Below are positions 50,153 to 62,289 of a DNA stretch of 64,000 nucleotides, in pieces. The notes beneath the pieces were generated by a model, which made no database searches, was not told the origin of the DNA, and saw nothing but the letters and a program-made list of their open reading frames with translations. Numbering within the stretch: the first letter of the stretch is position 1; each line of letters starts with the position of its first letter. Source of the stretch: Macrostomum lignano (taxonomy: Eukaryota); the NCBI GenBank assembly GCA_002269645.1, contig NIVC01000017.1, positions 62,001 through 126,000 on the forward strand, in the 5' to 3' direction. The position numbers were made by a program, and so were the translations under genes.

Positions 50153-50756
50153 CGCCCTTAGCAGCAAGAGGAATCCGTAGACAGATTTTCATTTTGTAGA
50201 GTTTAATGCGTTTGTGTTGTAATTGAGTCTTGTTGTATTAAGTACATAAATGTTGCCATGGTTACAAGAAAATATTTAGCTTTTAACGAGATTCGAAAAT
50301 CAGCTGATATTTGTGTTTAACACTTTAATTGGCATTTTTGAATCTCAAAATTTATAACTTCGAACATTTTTTGTAAAAAAATCCTAACAAGCTGTCGTGA
50401 ATCTTTATTCCAACTTAACTGTATTTTTGTATTCAAGTTTTTCAATCAGAAATATTTGTTTGTACTGAAATTTTGATGATAATATTTTATTCGTACTACT
50501 ATAAGTAATCGATCATAAGTTTCATTTTTCTGTTTTTAAAACCACACACGCGTTTTCTGCTTCTTTGACCGGTCATACAAGCTAAGACGAATAAAACCGC
50601 AAATTTTTATCGTATGTTAAGAACCGGATATTAATAGTCCTAATTTTTTATTTCGGTTTATAATTAGTGTCAGCGTGCATACAATTTTTTGAGTGCTAGA
50701 CAGAAATCTCCCACACTTTAATTTAGATTGTCATTCGCTTTCATCCGCTAAGTGTT

Positions 50757-51395
50757 TGTTTCGATACATATCGGCTAAATGGTTACTTTCGATACATATC
50801 GTCTAGATCAGGGTTCGGCAAACTTCGGCCGGATATAGAATCTAGTGCATGACTACAGGCCAGAGAGAGAAGAGAGAAGTGAGAGGGGAGATGAGAGAGT
50901 AAGTGGGAGAGGAGGGGAGAGATGGGAGAGATTAGGGAGGAAAGGAGAAAAAAAGAAAAGAGAGCTGAGGGAGACACAAACGCTGAGCGAGCCGGATTGC
51001 TATTGTGAAGTTTCAATGGACCCGAGGGCCGAGTATAGAGCAGGCGCATGTGGCCCGCAGGCTGGAGTTTGCCGACCTTTGGTCTGGATTGGTACTTTCG
51101 ATACATATCGGCTAGATTCTTACTTTTGAAACATATCGGCCAGATTCTTACTTTCGATACATTCTGGCGAGATTCTTACTTTCGATACATATCGGCTAGA
51201 TTCTTACTTTCGATACATATCGGCTAGATTTTTACGTTTGATAACATATCGGCTAGATTCTTACTTTCGATACATATCGGCGAGATTCTACTTTCGATAC
51301 ATATCGGCTAGATTCTTACTTTCGATACATATCGGCGAGATTCTTACTTTCGATACATATCGGCTAGATTTTTACGTTTGATACATATCGTCTAA
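50757..51395. repeat. 28-bp minisatellite TACTTTCGATACATATCGGCTAGATTCT, interrupted by a MITE
   Basis: Units occur at 50757-50808 and 51092-51395. Confidence 0.9.
50809..51081 (+). mobile_element. Short (273-bp) member of the hAT MITE family
   Basis: TIRs CAGGGTTCGGCAAACT / AGTTTGCCGACCTTTG. TSD GTCTAGAT (50801-50808) versus GTCTGGAT (51082-51089). The internal sequence matches 36700-36956. Confidence 0.88.
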
Positions 51396-51427
51396 ACATA
51401 TTGCTCTATTCTGCAGATGCTTATCGA

Positions 51428-52240
51428 ATGAGTGCCCGTCTCATCAGCAAATTAGTTCTCCAGCCACTGCTCATAGTGCTGCTCTATGCTACTGGCCAAT
51501 CGGCAGCCGATGCAGACAAGCCGGAACCAGCATTGAGGACGATCCCCTTTCAGCAGTCGCGTCAGGTCGGTTCCAACCTCACCATTCAATGCCGCATCTC
51601 CGCGGCGCTGCAATCGGCCGGCCACTCCCTGTCCGAGCTGGTCTGGCGCCTGCCCGACAGTTGCAACAATTCGAACTTTGCCTCATCCAACGGCACCCTG
51701 ATTGGCTGGAATCTGGCCGAGTCCGATTCGGGCATTTACCTGTGCTTGCTGGCTGACTCGGACGCCAACGCCACGGCCGAGGTCAAGGTGTACAGGACTT
51801 CTCTGTACCGGCCGCAGCTGCTGCTGGTGTGGCTGCTGAATGGCGCTCTCGGCCTGGCCCTCCTGCTCATGATCGCCTGTCGCCGGGTTGCCAGCCTGGC
51901 CAAGCACCGGCGCATGGCTTCGTCAAGTCGTTGTCGTCGGCGACAACCAGACGGCAACGCCGACAATGACGATGACGATGGCGACGAAATTAACGCGACA
52001 ACGACGGCTGCCGATGCCACCACGATGTTGACTGGCGGCGTGGAGGACACTGGCGGGGAGGCCGCCGGGCTGCTGGGCAGTGCTGATGATGATGACGCCG
52101 CTTCTGCTGATGATGGCGAAGTTGACGGCGACGAGCAGCAGTCAGCTTCTCCGGTGGCGGTTAGTCGACGCCGAGGAAATAAGAGGCTGCACCGGCATCA
52201 CAGCACCCTGCCTAAGCCTGAGGGCGATGGCGTGGCCTAA
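51428..52240 (+). CDS. Type-I membrane protein with one Ig domain and an acidic cytoplasmic tail (270 aa), paralogue of 48951-49442
   Basis: Signal peptide, LTIQC..LVWRLP..AESDSGIYLC..AEVKVY, a TM helix containing Asn and an Asp-rich tail. Confidence 0.85.
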   Translation: MSARLISKLVLQPLLIVLLYATGQSAADADKPEPALRTIPFQQSRQVGSNLTIQCRISAALQSAGHSLSELVWRLPDSCNNSNFASSNGTLIGWNLAESDSGIYLCLLADSDANATAEVKVYRTSLYRPQLLLVWLLNGALGLALLLMIACRRVASLAKHRRMASSSRCRRRQPDGNADNDDDDGDEINATTTAADATTMLTGGVEDTGGEAAGLLGSADDDDAASADDGEVDGDEQQSASPVAVSRRRGNKRLHRHHSTLPKPEGDGVA

Positions 52241-52859
52241 GGGTGAGCCACAAAGAGCCACTCAGCTGCTTGATTCATGACACCGCGTACTTTACATGTG
52301 CTTCCAAGATTCCAAACTCAGCGATCCCTGCTTAATACAACGGTATCTGTCTCTTTTCTGTAACTAAAAGAGATGACTAGGAGCTAGAAAGAAGACAGTG
52401 GTGGATTAAAAATGTAAATATTCGCGATGTACACTCTCTGTGCCTTGGGGGTTGGCCCTCATGGGTATGAATCGCACAACAACTCCCCGATCAATTTCCG
52501 TGCGCACAAGCCCCAAATAAATGTAGTTTTTTTTAATTCATATATTAATACTTGCAAAGCTTGAAAATGTATGAACAGTTCAGCATTTTCTTCTCTGTCC
52601 TATAGAAACGCCATTGCTATTTTGTGTTAAAAGAAAAGCTATCTTCGTAGTTTTAGCTAGTATATTAACTGGATATGTCACTCGCAAAGATGCGCTCACC
52701 TACTCTTTTTTCAGTAGCAATCGCTTCTGGAATTTTACTAGCAGACCCACTAAAAAAGCAATGTTAGCATCTGCACCCTACTTGAATTTGCACTTACGAG
52801 TAAATCCAGTGCGTGTGCCCCCAGCAAGGCCGATTAACAGTTGTCTAACTTTGACCATG

Positions 52860-53335
52860 ATCTCTCCTTACTGCTCTCTCATTGGCTGAGCTAGATTGGG
52901 CCTGCCCCCCCAGGCTGAGTTTCGTCCGTCTAACTTTTTTCTCTCCTTACTGCTCTCTCATTGGCTGATCTAGATTGGCTTGCCCCGTCCAGGCTGAGTT
53001 TCGTCCGTCTACTTTGACCTCTCTCCTTACTGCTCTCTCTCATTGGTTGAGCTAGATTGGACCTGCCCCCCAGGCTAAGTTTCGTCGGCCTAACTTTGAT
53101 TTCTCTCCTTACTGCTCTCTCATTGGCTGAGCTAGATTGGGCCTGCCCCCCCCCAGGCTAAGTTTCGTCGGCCTAACTTTGATTTCTCTCCTTACTGCTC
53201 TCTCATTGGCTGAGCTAGATTGGACCTGCCCCCCAGGCTAAGTTTCGTCGGTCTAACTTTGATTTCTTTCCTTACTGCTCTCTCATTGGCTGAGCTTGAT
53301 TGGGCCTGCCCCCCCAGGCTGAGTTTCGCCCGTCT
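52860..53335. repeat. ~79-bp tandem repeat (about 6 copies) containing ATTGGCTGAGCTAGATTGG
   Basis: CTCTCCTTACTGCTCTCTC recurs at ~79-nt spacing. Confidence 0.92.
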
Positions 53336-54762
53336 TGCGTTCACTTGTGTACATCAAGTTTATGCTTGTTGTTCATTCTTAACCCCATATTCTCCTTAAT
53401 CCCTAGGGTCACAAACCCCGAGGAAGGAAATAAAATTTTAGCTGGCACATTAAATTATACTGACAATGCGCAGACAAACTACTGAATAAAGAATAGACGC
53501 TTTAATTTTTCACAACTTTAATTGCGAGTGACACATCTAGTTACTCTGGTATTTTTGGTTTAAATATACAAGTAAAATTGATTAAAATTGTCTCTATGTT
53601 TGTACAGAGGCTCCTCCCGTCTTCAATGTGTCTTGATTAGCGTGTCTGCTCGTTGGTTCGATCGTTCTAAATGTTTTCAAACTCCAAATCTCAGTTTTTG
53701 TTGCTTTTGTGTACTTTAGGTGCTTTTCTGTTTACTGCTGAGTTGCGTGCAAGTGTGATCATTTAAATTGTTTATACTGTATTTTCTTGACTTGAGTTAT
53801 TTATCTTTTTTGCACAAATTAATTTTTTAATTTTCTCAATACAGCTAGTAACAGTAGCGAGTAGCGTTTTTATGAAACTTTCGGCAAGCGTTACTTCGTT
53901 TTTTGCGCTGATTTTTTCTTGCATTTTTGATACTTTATTACGTACAACTTATTTTTTTGTTTACATTAGTACCGTATGTACTAATTTTTTATTGATTAGT
54001 AAATCAAATTTATTGCCATGTTTAAGATAAAATATACTACTGGCGCCAACAACATTAGTTAACGTTTATTTGATATCAATTAACTAACTTTAACTGCACT
54101 TGTAATGCCAAAGTTGCTTTTAGTCTTCGTTAATTTATTGAGAGTCGTCCTCCTATGTCATTGAGAATCGTCTACATGTATCTCATTGAGAATGCTCATA
54201 TATCTCATTGAGAATGCTCATATATCTCATTGAGAATGCTCATATATCTCATTGAGAATCCTCATATATCTCATTGAGAATGCTCATATATCTCCTTGAG
54301 AATGCTCATATATCTCATTGAGAATGCTCATATATCTCATTGAGAATGCTCATATATCTCATTGAGAATGCTCATATATCTCCTTGAGAATGCTCATATA
54401 TCTCATTGAGAATGCTCATATATCTCATTGAGAATGCTCATATATCTCATTGAGAATGCTCATATATCTCATTGAGAATGCTCATATATCTCATTGAGAA
54501 TGCTCATATATCTCATTGAGAATGCTGAAGCGGCTTGCGAATGGAAGCTTGAAAAGCAGCAAGCGAGCAAAAGATCTTGTGTATATTTGTTTAAGCATAG
54601 TCTTTATACTTGAGAGAATAGGGAGGTGTGAGTCAGAGCGAACTGGCTGGCTGGGCAAAACTCCCCAGCAGCCAGGCGCACAGGGGCCTGTGCACAGGCG
54701 GGCCCCGCTCTCAACCGTGCACCAGTCTGGCCGCCACAGAGCTCCCCCCCCCCAGCACCGAG

Positions 54763-57700
54763 CTATTCGGCCAAGGCCGCCGGGCTCGGACGGCACCGGC
54801 GAGGTGGCAGTTGGCGGCTGGGGAAAGCAGCAGTGCGTTGGGCCGCCGGCGCAATGTCGCCAGCTGAAGAGGCGGGGTCGGCGGCAGAGTGCGCTGGGGG
54901 CGGCTCAGCGGGTAGCCGCAGTGGGCGGTCTCTCGGTCGCAGGGCCGGCGTCGGGAACGGGTCGACCGCGTCGATGACGGCTGGCTTCAGTCTCTCCACT
55001 GACACTCGGTCGCGTCGAGTGCCCAGGTCCAGCAGGAAAGCTTTGGCGTCCCGCTCGAGGACCTTGAACGGGCCGTCGTAAGGTCGCTGCAGCGGAAGGC
55101 GGTGGCCGTCGCGCCGGACGAAAACGAACTGGCAGGCGTCGAGGGCGGCCGGCCAAGCTGTGGGGCGGCTGCCGTGACGGGACGTCGGCGTCGGCCGGAA
55201 TGCCTGGACGGCGCCGCGGAGCCGGGCGAGGAACTGTTCGTGGTCGCCGGCAGGCACTCGCCAGGCACGCAGAGGGGCGCTCCGTAGACCAGCTCGGCCG
55301 ACGATGCCGGCAGGTCCTCCTTGGGGGCCGTCCGGATGCCAAGCAGCACCCAGGGCAGCTCGCTGACCCAGGCTGGTCCGGCCAGTCGCGTCATGAGGGA
55401 GGACTTCAGCTGCCGGTGTAAACGCTCGACCAGCCCGTTCGCCTGCGGATGGAAAGCCGTTGTCCGGTGGAGCTGCATTCCGAGGAGCCGTGAGACGTTG
55501 GACCACAGCAGCGACGTGAACTGCGAGCCGCGGTCCGAGGTGATGTCGCTTGGCACTCCAAACCTGGCGATCCAGTGGGCGATGAAGGCGGAGGCGCACG
55601 CGGCCGCGGAGGTGTCGGTCATCGGGATCGCCTCCGGCCACCGGGTGAAACGGTCCACGATGGTCAGCAGGTGCGTGAAGCCTTGCGAAGGCGGCAGCGG
55701 CCCCACCAGGTCGACGTGCACGTGGGCGAAGCGCTGGTCCGGGACGCGGATATTGCCAACCGGGGCGGCGACGTGCCGGTGCACCTTGGCCGTCTGGCAG
55801 GCGACACAGGACCGGGCCCACCGGCTAACGTCCTTGTTCATGCCGGCCCACACGAATTTGGCGGCCACGAGGCGCCGCGTGCTGCGGACGGACGGGTGGG
55901 CGAGGCCGTGGATGGCGTCGAAGACGGGGCGTCTGAAATTCGGCACCAACGGGCGCGGCCGGCCTGTGGAGATGTCGCAGAGCAGGGCGACACCGGGGCT
56001 GAGCTGCAGCGGCTCAAGTTGGAGGCTGGCGTCCGCCTGACTGGCCGTATCGGCCGCCTGCGCCTGGGCCATGGACGCGAAATCCACGCCGGGAAGCAGC
56101 CGGGGCTGCACGGAAGAGACCGTGCAGCGGGACAGAGCGTCTGCGACCGAGTTGTCCTTGCCCGCCACGTGCTGGATGTCCGTGGTGAACTCTGACAGGT
56201 AGGCCAGGTGGCGCTGCTGTCGGGCGGACCACGGGTCGGACATCTTGGACATGGCGGCGACCAGCGGCTTGTGGTCCGTGAAAGCGGTGAATGCGCGGCC
56301 CTCCAGGAAATAGCGGAAGTGCCGGACCGCCAGGTACAGGGCGAGCAGCTCGCGGTCGAACGCGCTGTACTTCTGCTCGGGCGAGCGCAGCTGCCGGCTG
56401 AAGAAGGCGAGCGGCTGCCAGGCGCTGCCAACCCGCTGCTCGAGCGCTGCCCCGACCGCTGTATCGGAGGCGTAGACGGTGAGGGCGATGGGCGCGTCTG
56501 GCCGCGGGTGCGCCAGCATGGCGGCGGAGGCCAGCGCCCGCTTCGCTCCATCGAAAGCGGCGGTCAGCTCGGGCGTCCACCGGACGAACTTCTCTTTGCC
56601 GGCCATGGCCGCATGGATGGGGCGCAGCAGCTGGGCGGCGCGCGGCACGAAGCGGTGGTAGAAATTCACCATGCCGGCGAACTCCTGCAGGCCCTTGACG
56701 GTGGCTGGCGGTGCGAATCTGGCGATGGCGTCGACTTTGGCGGGCAGCGGCACGGCTCCCTGGGCGCTGATCCGGTGGCCGAGGAAGTCGATCTCGCTGC
56801 AGCCGAACTCGCACTTGGCCGGATTGATGATCAGACCGTTGTCCGCCAGGCGCTGGAAAAGCGTCCGCAGGTGCTCCAGGTGCTCTTGTGGGCTGTGGCT
56901 AGCGACCAGGAAGTCGTCGATGTAGGCGAAGACAAAGTCCAGGTCTTGGCAGACGGAGTCCACCAACCGCTGGAAGGCCTGGGCGGCGTTCTTGAGACCG
57001 AATGGCATTCGCAGGAACTCGAAGAGGCCGAACGGGGTGGTGACGGCGGTCTTGGGCACGTCGGCTGCAGCCACGGGCACCTGGTGGTAGCCACGAACCA
57101 AGTCGATCTTGGAGAAAACCGAGCAGCCGGCTAGGCGCACTGAGAAGTCCTGGATGTGCGGCACCGGGTAGCGGTCGGGCACCGTGGCGTCGTTGAGCCG
57201 CCTGAAATCGCCGCAGGGCCGCCAGCCACCGGAGGCTTTTGGGACCATATGCAACGGCGAGGACCAAGGGCTGTTGGACCGGCGAACGATGCCGAGTTGC
57301 TCCAGGAGCCGAAACTCCTCCTTGGCCACCGCCAGCTTGTCCGGCGGCAGGCGGCGAGGGCGGGCATGGACCGGCGGGCCCTGCGTCGGGATGTGGTGCT
57401 CCACCCCGTGCCGTGGCGCAGCCCGCTGGAAACTGGGCTCGGTGAGGGCGGGGAACTCGGCCAGCAGCTGGCTGTACGGGTCCGCGGTGGCGGCTGCGGC
57501 GAGTTGCAGTCCGGGCCCCGCGCCGTCCAGCAGGTGCACGCTGGCGAGCGAGCGGGCGTCCAGGAGGCGCCGGTGCGGCAGGTCCACCAGCAGGCCGTGG
57601 TGCCGCAGAAAGTCGGCGCGGATCAGCGGGCGGGAGACCTCGGCCAGAAGGAACGGCCAGGAGCAGCGCCGGATGCCGAGGTCCAACGTGAGCTGGCGGG

Positions 57701-57888
57701 TGCCGAAGGTTCGGATGAGGCTGCCGTTGGCTGCGAAAAGCGGCAGGCCTGGCGAGTGCAGGCGGGCGTCGGAACCGGCGACGGGGAAAATGCTGACCTC
57801 GGCGCCTCGGCACATCCGGGATGAGGAGCAGGCTGCTGGTGTTGCCGGCCGTCGAGCTGTTCACTGACGGCCGGCCTGCCCGTTTCCC
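54763..57888 (-). pseudogene. Pol (protease, RT, RNase H, integrase) with frameshifts and catalytic lesions
   Basis: RT has [21 protein letters not shown] and YIDD. IN has HHCC plus [22 protein letters not shown]. The protease DTG is disrupted (~57805-57815), RNase H reads VYASD, and the GPF tail is in a different frame (~55250). Confidence 0.88.
57844..57888 (-). promoter_or_regulatory. Programmed -1 ribosomal frameshift signal (gag-pol)
   Basis: Slippery G GGA AAC in the gag frame (57888-57882), a 6-nt spacer, then a perfect 10-bp stem GCCGGCCGTC/GACGGCCGGC with a 12-nt loop. The -1 frame is open into the pol N-terminus. Confidence 0.8.
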
Positions 57889-58430
57889 TGGAAGCTGCAC
57901 GGGAGTTCACAGCGGCGGGCTTTCGCACCGAAACGACGGTGAAAGAAACACAGGCCGTCGTCCGGGCGGTGCTGCTGGGGCCGTCTCTGTCTGGCGCCTT
58001 TCCTGGCCGCAAAGACTGCCGGCTGGGCTTGCTGGGCTGGGTCTGCCGCCGGCTGCTGGACGGAGGCCGCCACCAGCTGCGGCCGGCTGGCCCAGAGCTT
58101 GTCTGCTTCCTGCGCTGCTGCCCGGGGTCCGCGAAACTGACGGTTGTCATGGCGTCGCTGCTGAGGAGTCAAATCGAAAGTGCTGTTGAGGCGCTCCTTT
58201 AGCTGAGCGTACGCGTACTTTTTCGCCTCCGGAGAAGCCTCGAGCACATCGAGCAGGCGCTCTGCTGTCTGCTGGTCAAGAGCTGCGACCAGATGGGCGT
58301 ACTTGGTCTCGTCCTGAGTGATGCCTCTCAGGGTAAACTGAGCTTCGGCCTGGATGAACCAGGCTCGAGGCTGGGCCGCCCAAAACGTGGGCAGCTTCAG
58401 GGACACAGCAGAGTCGGTTTGTTGGGCCAT
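57861..58430 (-). CDS. Gag of the Gypsy element (probable internal deletion)
   Basis: MAQQTDSAVSLKLPTFWAAQPRAWFIQAEAQF..GIT.DETK, with C-terminal CFFHRRFGAKARRCELPC (C-x2-H-x9-C-x3-C). Confidence 0.85.
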   Translation of the reverse strand: MAQQTDSAVSLKLPTFWAAQPRAWFIQAEAQFTLRGITQDETKYAHLVAALDQQTAERLLDVLEASPEAKKYAYAQLKERLNSTFDLTPQQRRHDNRQFRGPRAAAQEADKLWASRPQLVAASVQQPAADPAQQAQPAVFAARKGARQRRPQQHRPDDGLCFFHRRFGAKARRCELPCSFQGNGQAGRQ

Positions 58431-60041
58431 TGCACGAAATGGCTGCGTAGGGCTCACCAATGAAGCGGCTTGCGAGTGGAAGCTTGAAAAGCAGCAAGCG
58501 AGCAAAAGATCTTGTGTATATTTGTTTAAGCATAGTCTTTATACTTGAGAGAATAGGGAGGTGTGAGTCAGAGCGAACTGGCTGGCTGGGCAAAACTCCC
58601 AGCAGCCAGGCGCACAGGGGCCTGTGCACAGGCGGGCACCAGTCTGGCCGCCACAATGCTCATATATCTCATTGAGAATGCTCATATATCTCATTGAGAA
58701 TGCTCATATATCTCATTGAGAATGCTCATATATCTCATTGAGAATGCTCATATATCTCATTGAGAATGCTCATATATCTCATTGAGAATGCTCATATATC
58801 TCATTGAGAATGCTCATATATCTCATTGAGAATGCTCATATATCTCATTGAGAATGCTCATATATCTCATTGAGAATGCTCATATATCTCATTGAGAATG
58901 CTCATATATCTCATTGAGAATGCTCATATATCTCATTGAGAATGCTCATATATCACATCCAGAATCCTCATATCTCATTGAGAAGCATCCTTCTACATAA
59001 AGTATCTCATTAAAAATGCTATTATCTCATTAGTCATCAAGAATCCTCATGGTTTTTAACCTACCTACTTGAGCTGAGCAGTCCTTAGCATCCCGGAGCC
59101 TGCCAGTTACTGATAGTGCATGCCCAATGCCAGCCAGTGCCTGAGTAACTCGCACAGCTCATCCGCTAATCTAATGAAAAAAACCCTAAAAGATACTCTA
59201 GCGAACTTTTCTATCGTTTTAAAAGAGCCAACTATGGACTACTTGTCTGTGTGCAGCCCTGTCGTTACTTGAGTCAGGTCTAAAAAAAGATTTTCTTGCC
59301 CATTGTACAATGTTCGAATACCTGCTGAGACATGCTGACGGTTGATAATAGACCATTGATATGAGCACCTGAAAAGGTAGATTAGATTCTATTTTGAAGC
59401 ACAGAGTGCGCCAAAAATAAGCGCTTTGAAGAGCCGGATGTTAAAATATATCCTGACGGCTGTTTACAATTGTCTTCTACTTGTAGTCAGAAGTGTGAGG
59501 CACAGCTCTGCAATGAACAGACCAAATAAGCACTACAGTTTATTTGAAGCCTCAATTAAAGCTTAAAGTTTCAAGTTTTCTTATCTTCTGCTTGTAAGGC
59601 CTGCTGTGATCGAGAACACCCTGAACTTTAGTAGATCCGTACATGTATTTTGAACGTGCAGCTTGAGCAAAAATATTTGATAATATTCTGATTGATAAAA
59701 TTTCTAACAGTCTCAAGTCCGCAGGAAAATCAGGACAATATTTATTTATTTAAGGTCACGTCTAAAATGTTCTGGCACAAACTTAGATAAATTCATACAC
59801 AAAAAATCGAATTTGTACAGATTAGATTTTTTAGCTTATAATTTCTGATGAAGCATGTGTAAATGAGTACGGTGTACATGCGGTGTACATGCGGTGTACA
59901 TGCGGTGTACATGCGGTGTACATTGGTAGTACTGCAGTAATCACACATCTTAGCTGCAATATGCTCGGGTGAAGAACAAGCAGATAAAGCCTTTAGTTCA
60001 GTCCCTGTTCAATGGTTTTCATCAGCTGCTGCTTCGGCCAG

Positions 60042-60936
60042 TCAGTCCGCCATTCGCACCATGCCCCAGAAGGTGGTCTTGTGGTAGCAGTTTACCGTGC
60101 GCAGGCTCTCGGGAATGAACAACCCGACCCGGTCGCCCTCCCTCAGCCGTCGCTCGCCGCTCACGGTGCAAGTAGTATATGGCGCATTGGCCTGTCGGCC
60201 GTCCCTGCTGGCCGGCTGCCTGTTCTGCTGGTGGCACTGCACAAAGTTGTAATTGTTGATCCGCAGCACCACAACAACCGCGGAGTCGCTTCTGTCTTTG
60301 AATGACACCTGCAAGATGGTGATAACAGATTCCTGATTAGTGTGGATGACAGAGCGGTGGGATCTTGACAGCATGCTCCCCAAACTCCTGGGCAACATCC
60401 TCACCTGTCCATAGATTCGATAAATCCCTGGCTTCTGCACCACAACCGCGTTGCTCTCGCCGTTCAGGTGGAACGTATCGCTGGCAGTCTCGCAGGTGTT
60501 CACGCCGCCTTCCTGCTCGTAATAGTCGTCCAGGCACCTCAACGGGCCCAGGTTTCCTTCTGAAGAGCGGCATTGTTAACAAATAAAAACTATGATCTCT
60601 ACTGTCGGTGAAGAATTATTTACGAGCTCTCACCTTTAGTTTTAAACTCGTTGGGCCCAGCCTCGCACGGGACAAGATTCCTCTTGGGCGTCGAGCAATG
60701 ATGCAGCTGCTTCTTGTCAATTACCAAGTGGATGCTTTTCTGCAACAAAATTCGAGTAATTGTTAATAGGACTCAATAATGTGCACTATCGGACAGAGAT
60801 CCCAGCAGCTCACATGCTCCAGACTGCCCTCGTGCAGCTTCAAATTGATGAGGACGAACACAGAGAAGCAGATGGCTGCCAGACTCAACAGTGCAACCAG
60901 CACCAGGACAACGTTGTGCCTTCCCTGCTTTGCCAT
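60042..60936 (-). CDS. TNF-superfamily ligand (Eiger-like type II membrane protein), 248 aa. Exons 60936-60814, 60739-60634, 60559-60042.
   Basis: N-terminal TM (VVLVLVALLSLAAICFSVFVLI) and two 74-bp GT-AG introns with compatible phases (0,1). TNF homology motifs VVVQKPGIYRIYGQV, TTCTVSGERRLREGDRVGL and TTFWGMVRM. Confidence 0.85.
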
Positions 60937-61580
60937 TTTTTTGCTAATCGTTTTTGAAATTCTCACCTGATGACTTGACTCTGCAAAGCAAATTACCCTC
61001 CTTGGCACAAACTAATGGTCGCCTGAGCTTCTTTTATAGAGACAAATAAAATAGGGAACTTCAGCCGGCCAATATACACTGAGTAGACCCTGGGAATCCC
61101 GCGTGTTTTTTCCGTTCTAAAAATAGAACATTCCATACTTGTTGGCTAATAAAAATTCTCACTCGCTATTTTTCAGATCCTGCAAGCTCTTACTGCAATA
61201 CCTGTACAACCCCCCACCCCCAGCTCGAGGTACAATTGCAGAGCACATCTCATTTTCTTTCCAACAAACAGTAAGACTTAGTTGAGTTTGGGCACTGAGC
61301 ATTCTACTGGGGGGTGCTTTGTCCGTCTTGAAAATAATAACAATAAATTGATAAAGATCCGTATTCTGCCATAGCGCCCGCGTGCTCTGGCAGAACAGAA
61401 CAGTCATTGAGTCACTGAATATAATGGCTTAGTAGGAGATAATTAATTATCCGATCGGCTTCAAAGCGCAGAATATCCTATTTCCTAGATCCTTTCCAAA
61501 GTTGGGAACTTCCCTCTGCTGTCTTCTCCCTGTTTTGCCTGAAAAGAATCTGATTGGCTGCTGGGATCGCAGCATTTCAC

Positions 61581-62059
61581 CCGGTGTTAGGCTTTACTGT
61601 TCACCTGGGTCTTAATTTGTCCGGGGGACATCGCAAAGCAAAATTATTGTCACTTTGCGATAACCTACCCTGGATAATCCAAGGCACAACAAAATCCGGC
61701 TTTGAAGTATCCTGGGTCTTGAACTGTCCGCGGTTAATAAAGATTGCGATGGCAATTTGGTCAAATTATTTACAAGATAAGGCGCATGTGAATGCGCGGG
61801 GCAGAAGGACACCCTTAAGCGAGAATGGGACTGACTCAGAGTGCTTGGGTGGGGCAGATAAGATGCAGTCTAAAAATCTAAAGAATCTAAGCCCGGGAGA
61901 GACATCTCAAAGTGCCCGGACAATGCAAAGCAGCTCAAGATATCCGGAAAGGAGAAAACAAAGCAGGTTTTTTGCTTGCAAGGCAGTATCCGGGCGGATA
62001 TCGCGTTCGGAGATCCGGGCCAGACAAAAAACTCCGGATAGTCTAAAGTGTAACACCGG
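61581..62059. mobile_element. Possible degenerate MITE (Harbinger-like ends)
   Basis: CCGGTGTTAGGCTTTA at 61581 versus TAAAGTGTAACACCGG ending ~62058, with repeated CCGGATA motifs inside. No clear TSD. Confidence 0.3.
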
Positions 62060-62289
62060 CATTTCCAGTGCCAAAGTGCAAGTCGCGGATGCCGGCCGGA
62101 AATACCAATCGCATACGAGCGTACGGGGGGAGGGGGTACGGCACCGCGGCCTGCGCAAATACTGTTCGATACAGTGCGCACTCCAGGATTAGGAAATCCG
62201 CTGCCTGCGCGTTTCCGCCTTCCCATATTTGGCCTTGCACCTCATTTCTGTTTCCTGCAGTTCATTCTACTCATTGCACCCGTGTTGGC

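Larger units (their letters stand above)
54526..58655 (-). mobile_element. Full-length 4.13-kb Ty3/Gypsy LTR retrotransposon, CsRn1-like clade, defective
   Basis: LTRs 54526-54738 and 58461-58655 (TG...CA; 1 substitution plus 1-bp and 17-bp indels). 4-bp TSD ATGC. PBS-like TGGTGAGCCC next to the 5' LTR and a G-run PPT at ~54739-54756. Gag has a CHCC motif, and pol order is PR-RT-RH-IN. Confidence 0.96.
54165..58990. repeat. 22-bp minisatellite TCATTGAGAATGCTCATATATC, split into 54165-54525 and 58656-58990 by the LTR element
   Basis: The same unit lies in register on both sides of the insertion. Confidence 0.95.

Noticed and set aside
54833-58202. Numerous plus-strand ORFs overlapping the retrotransposon
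   Set aside because: They are antisense shadows of GC-rich pol codon usage with no recognisable motifs.
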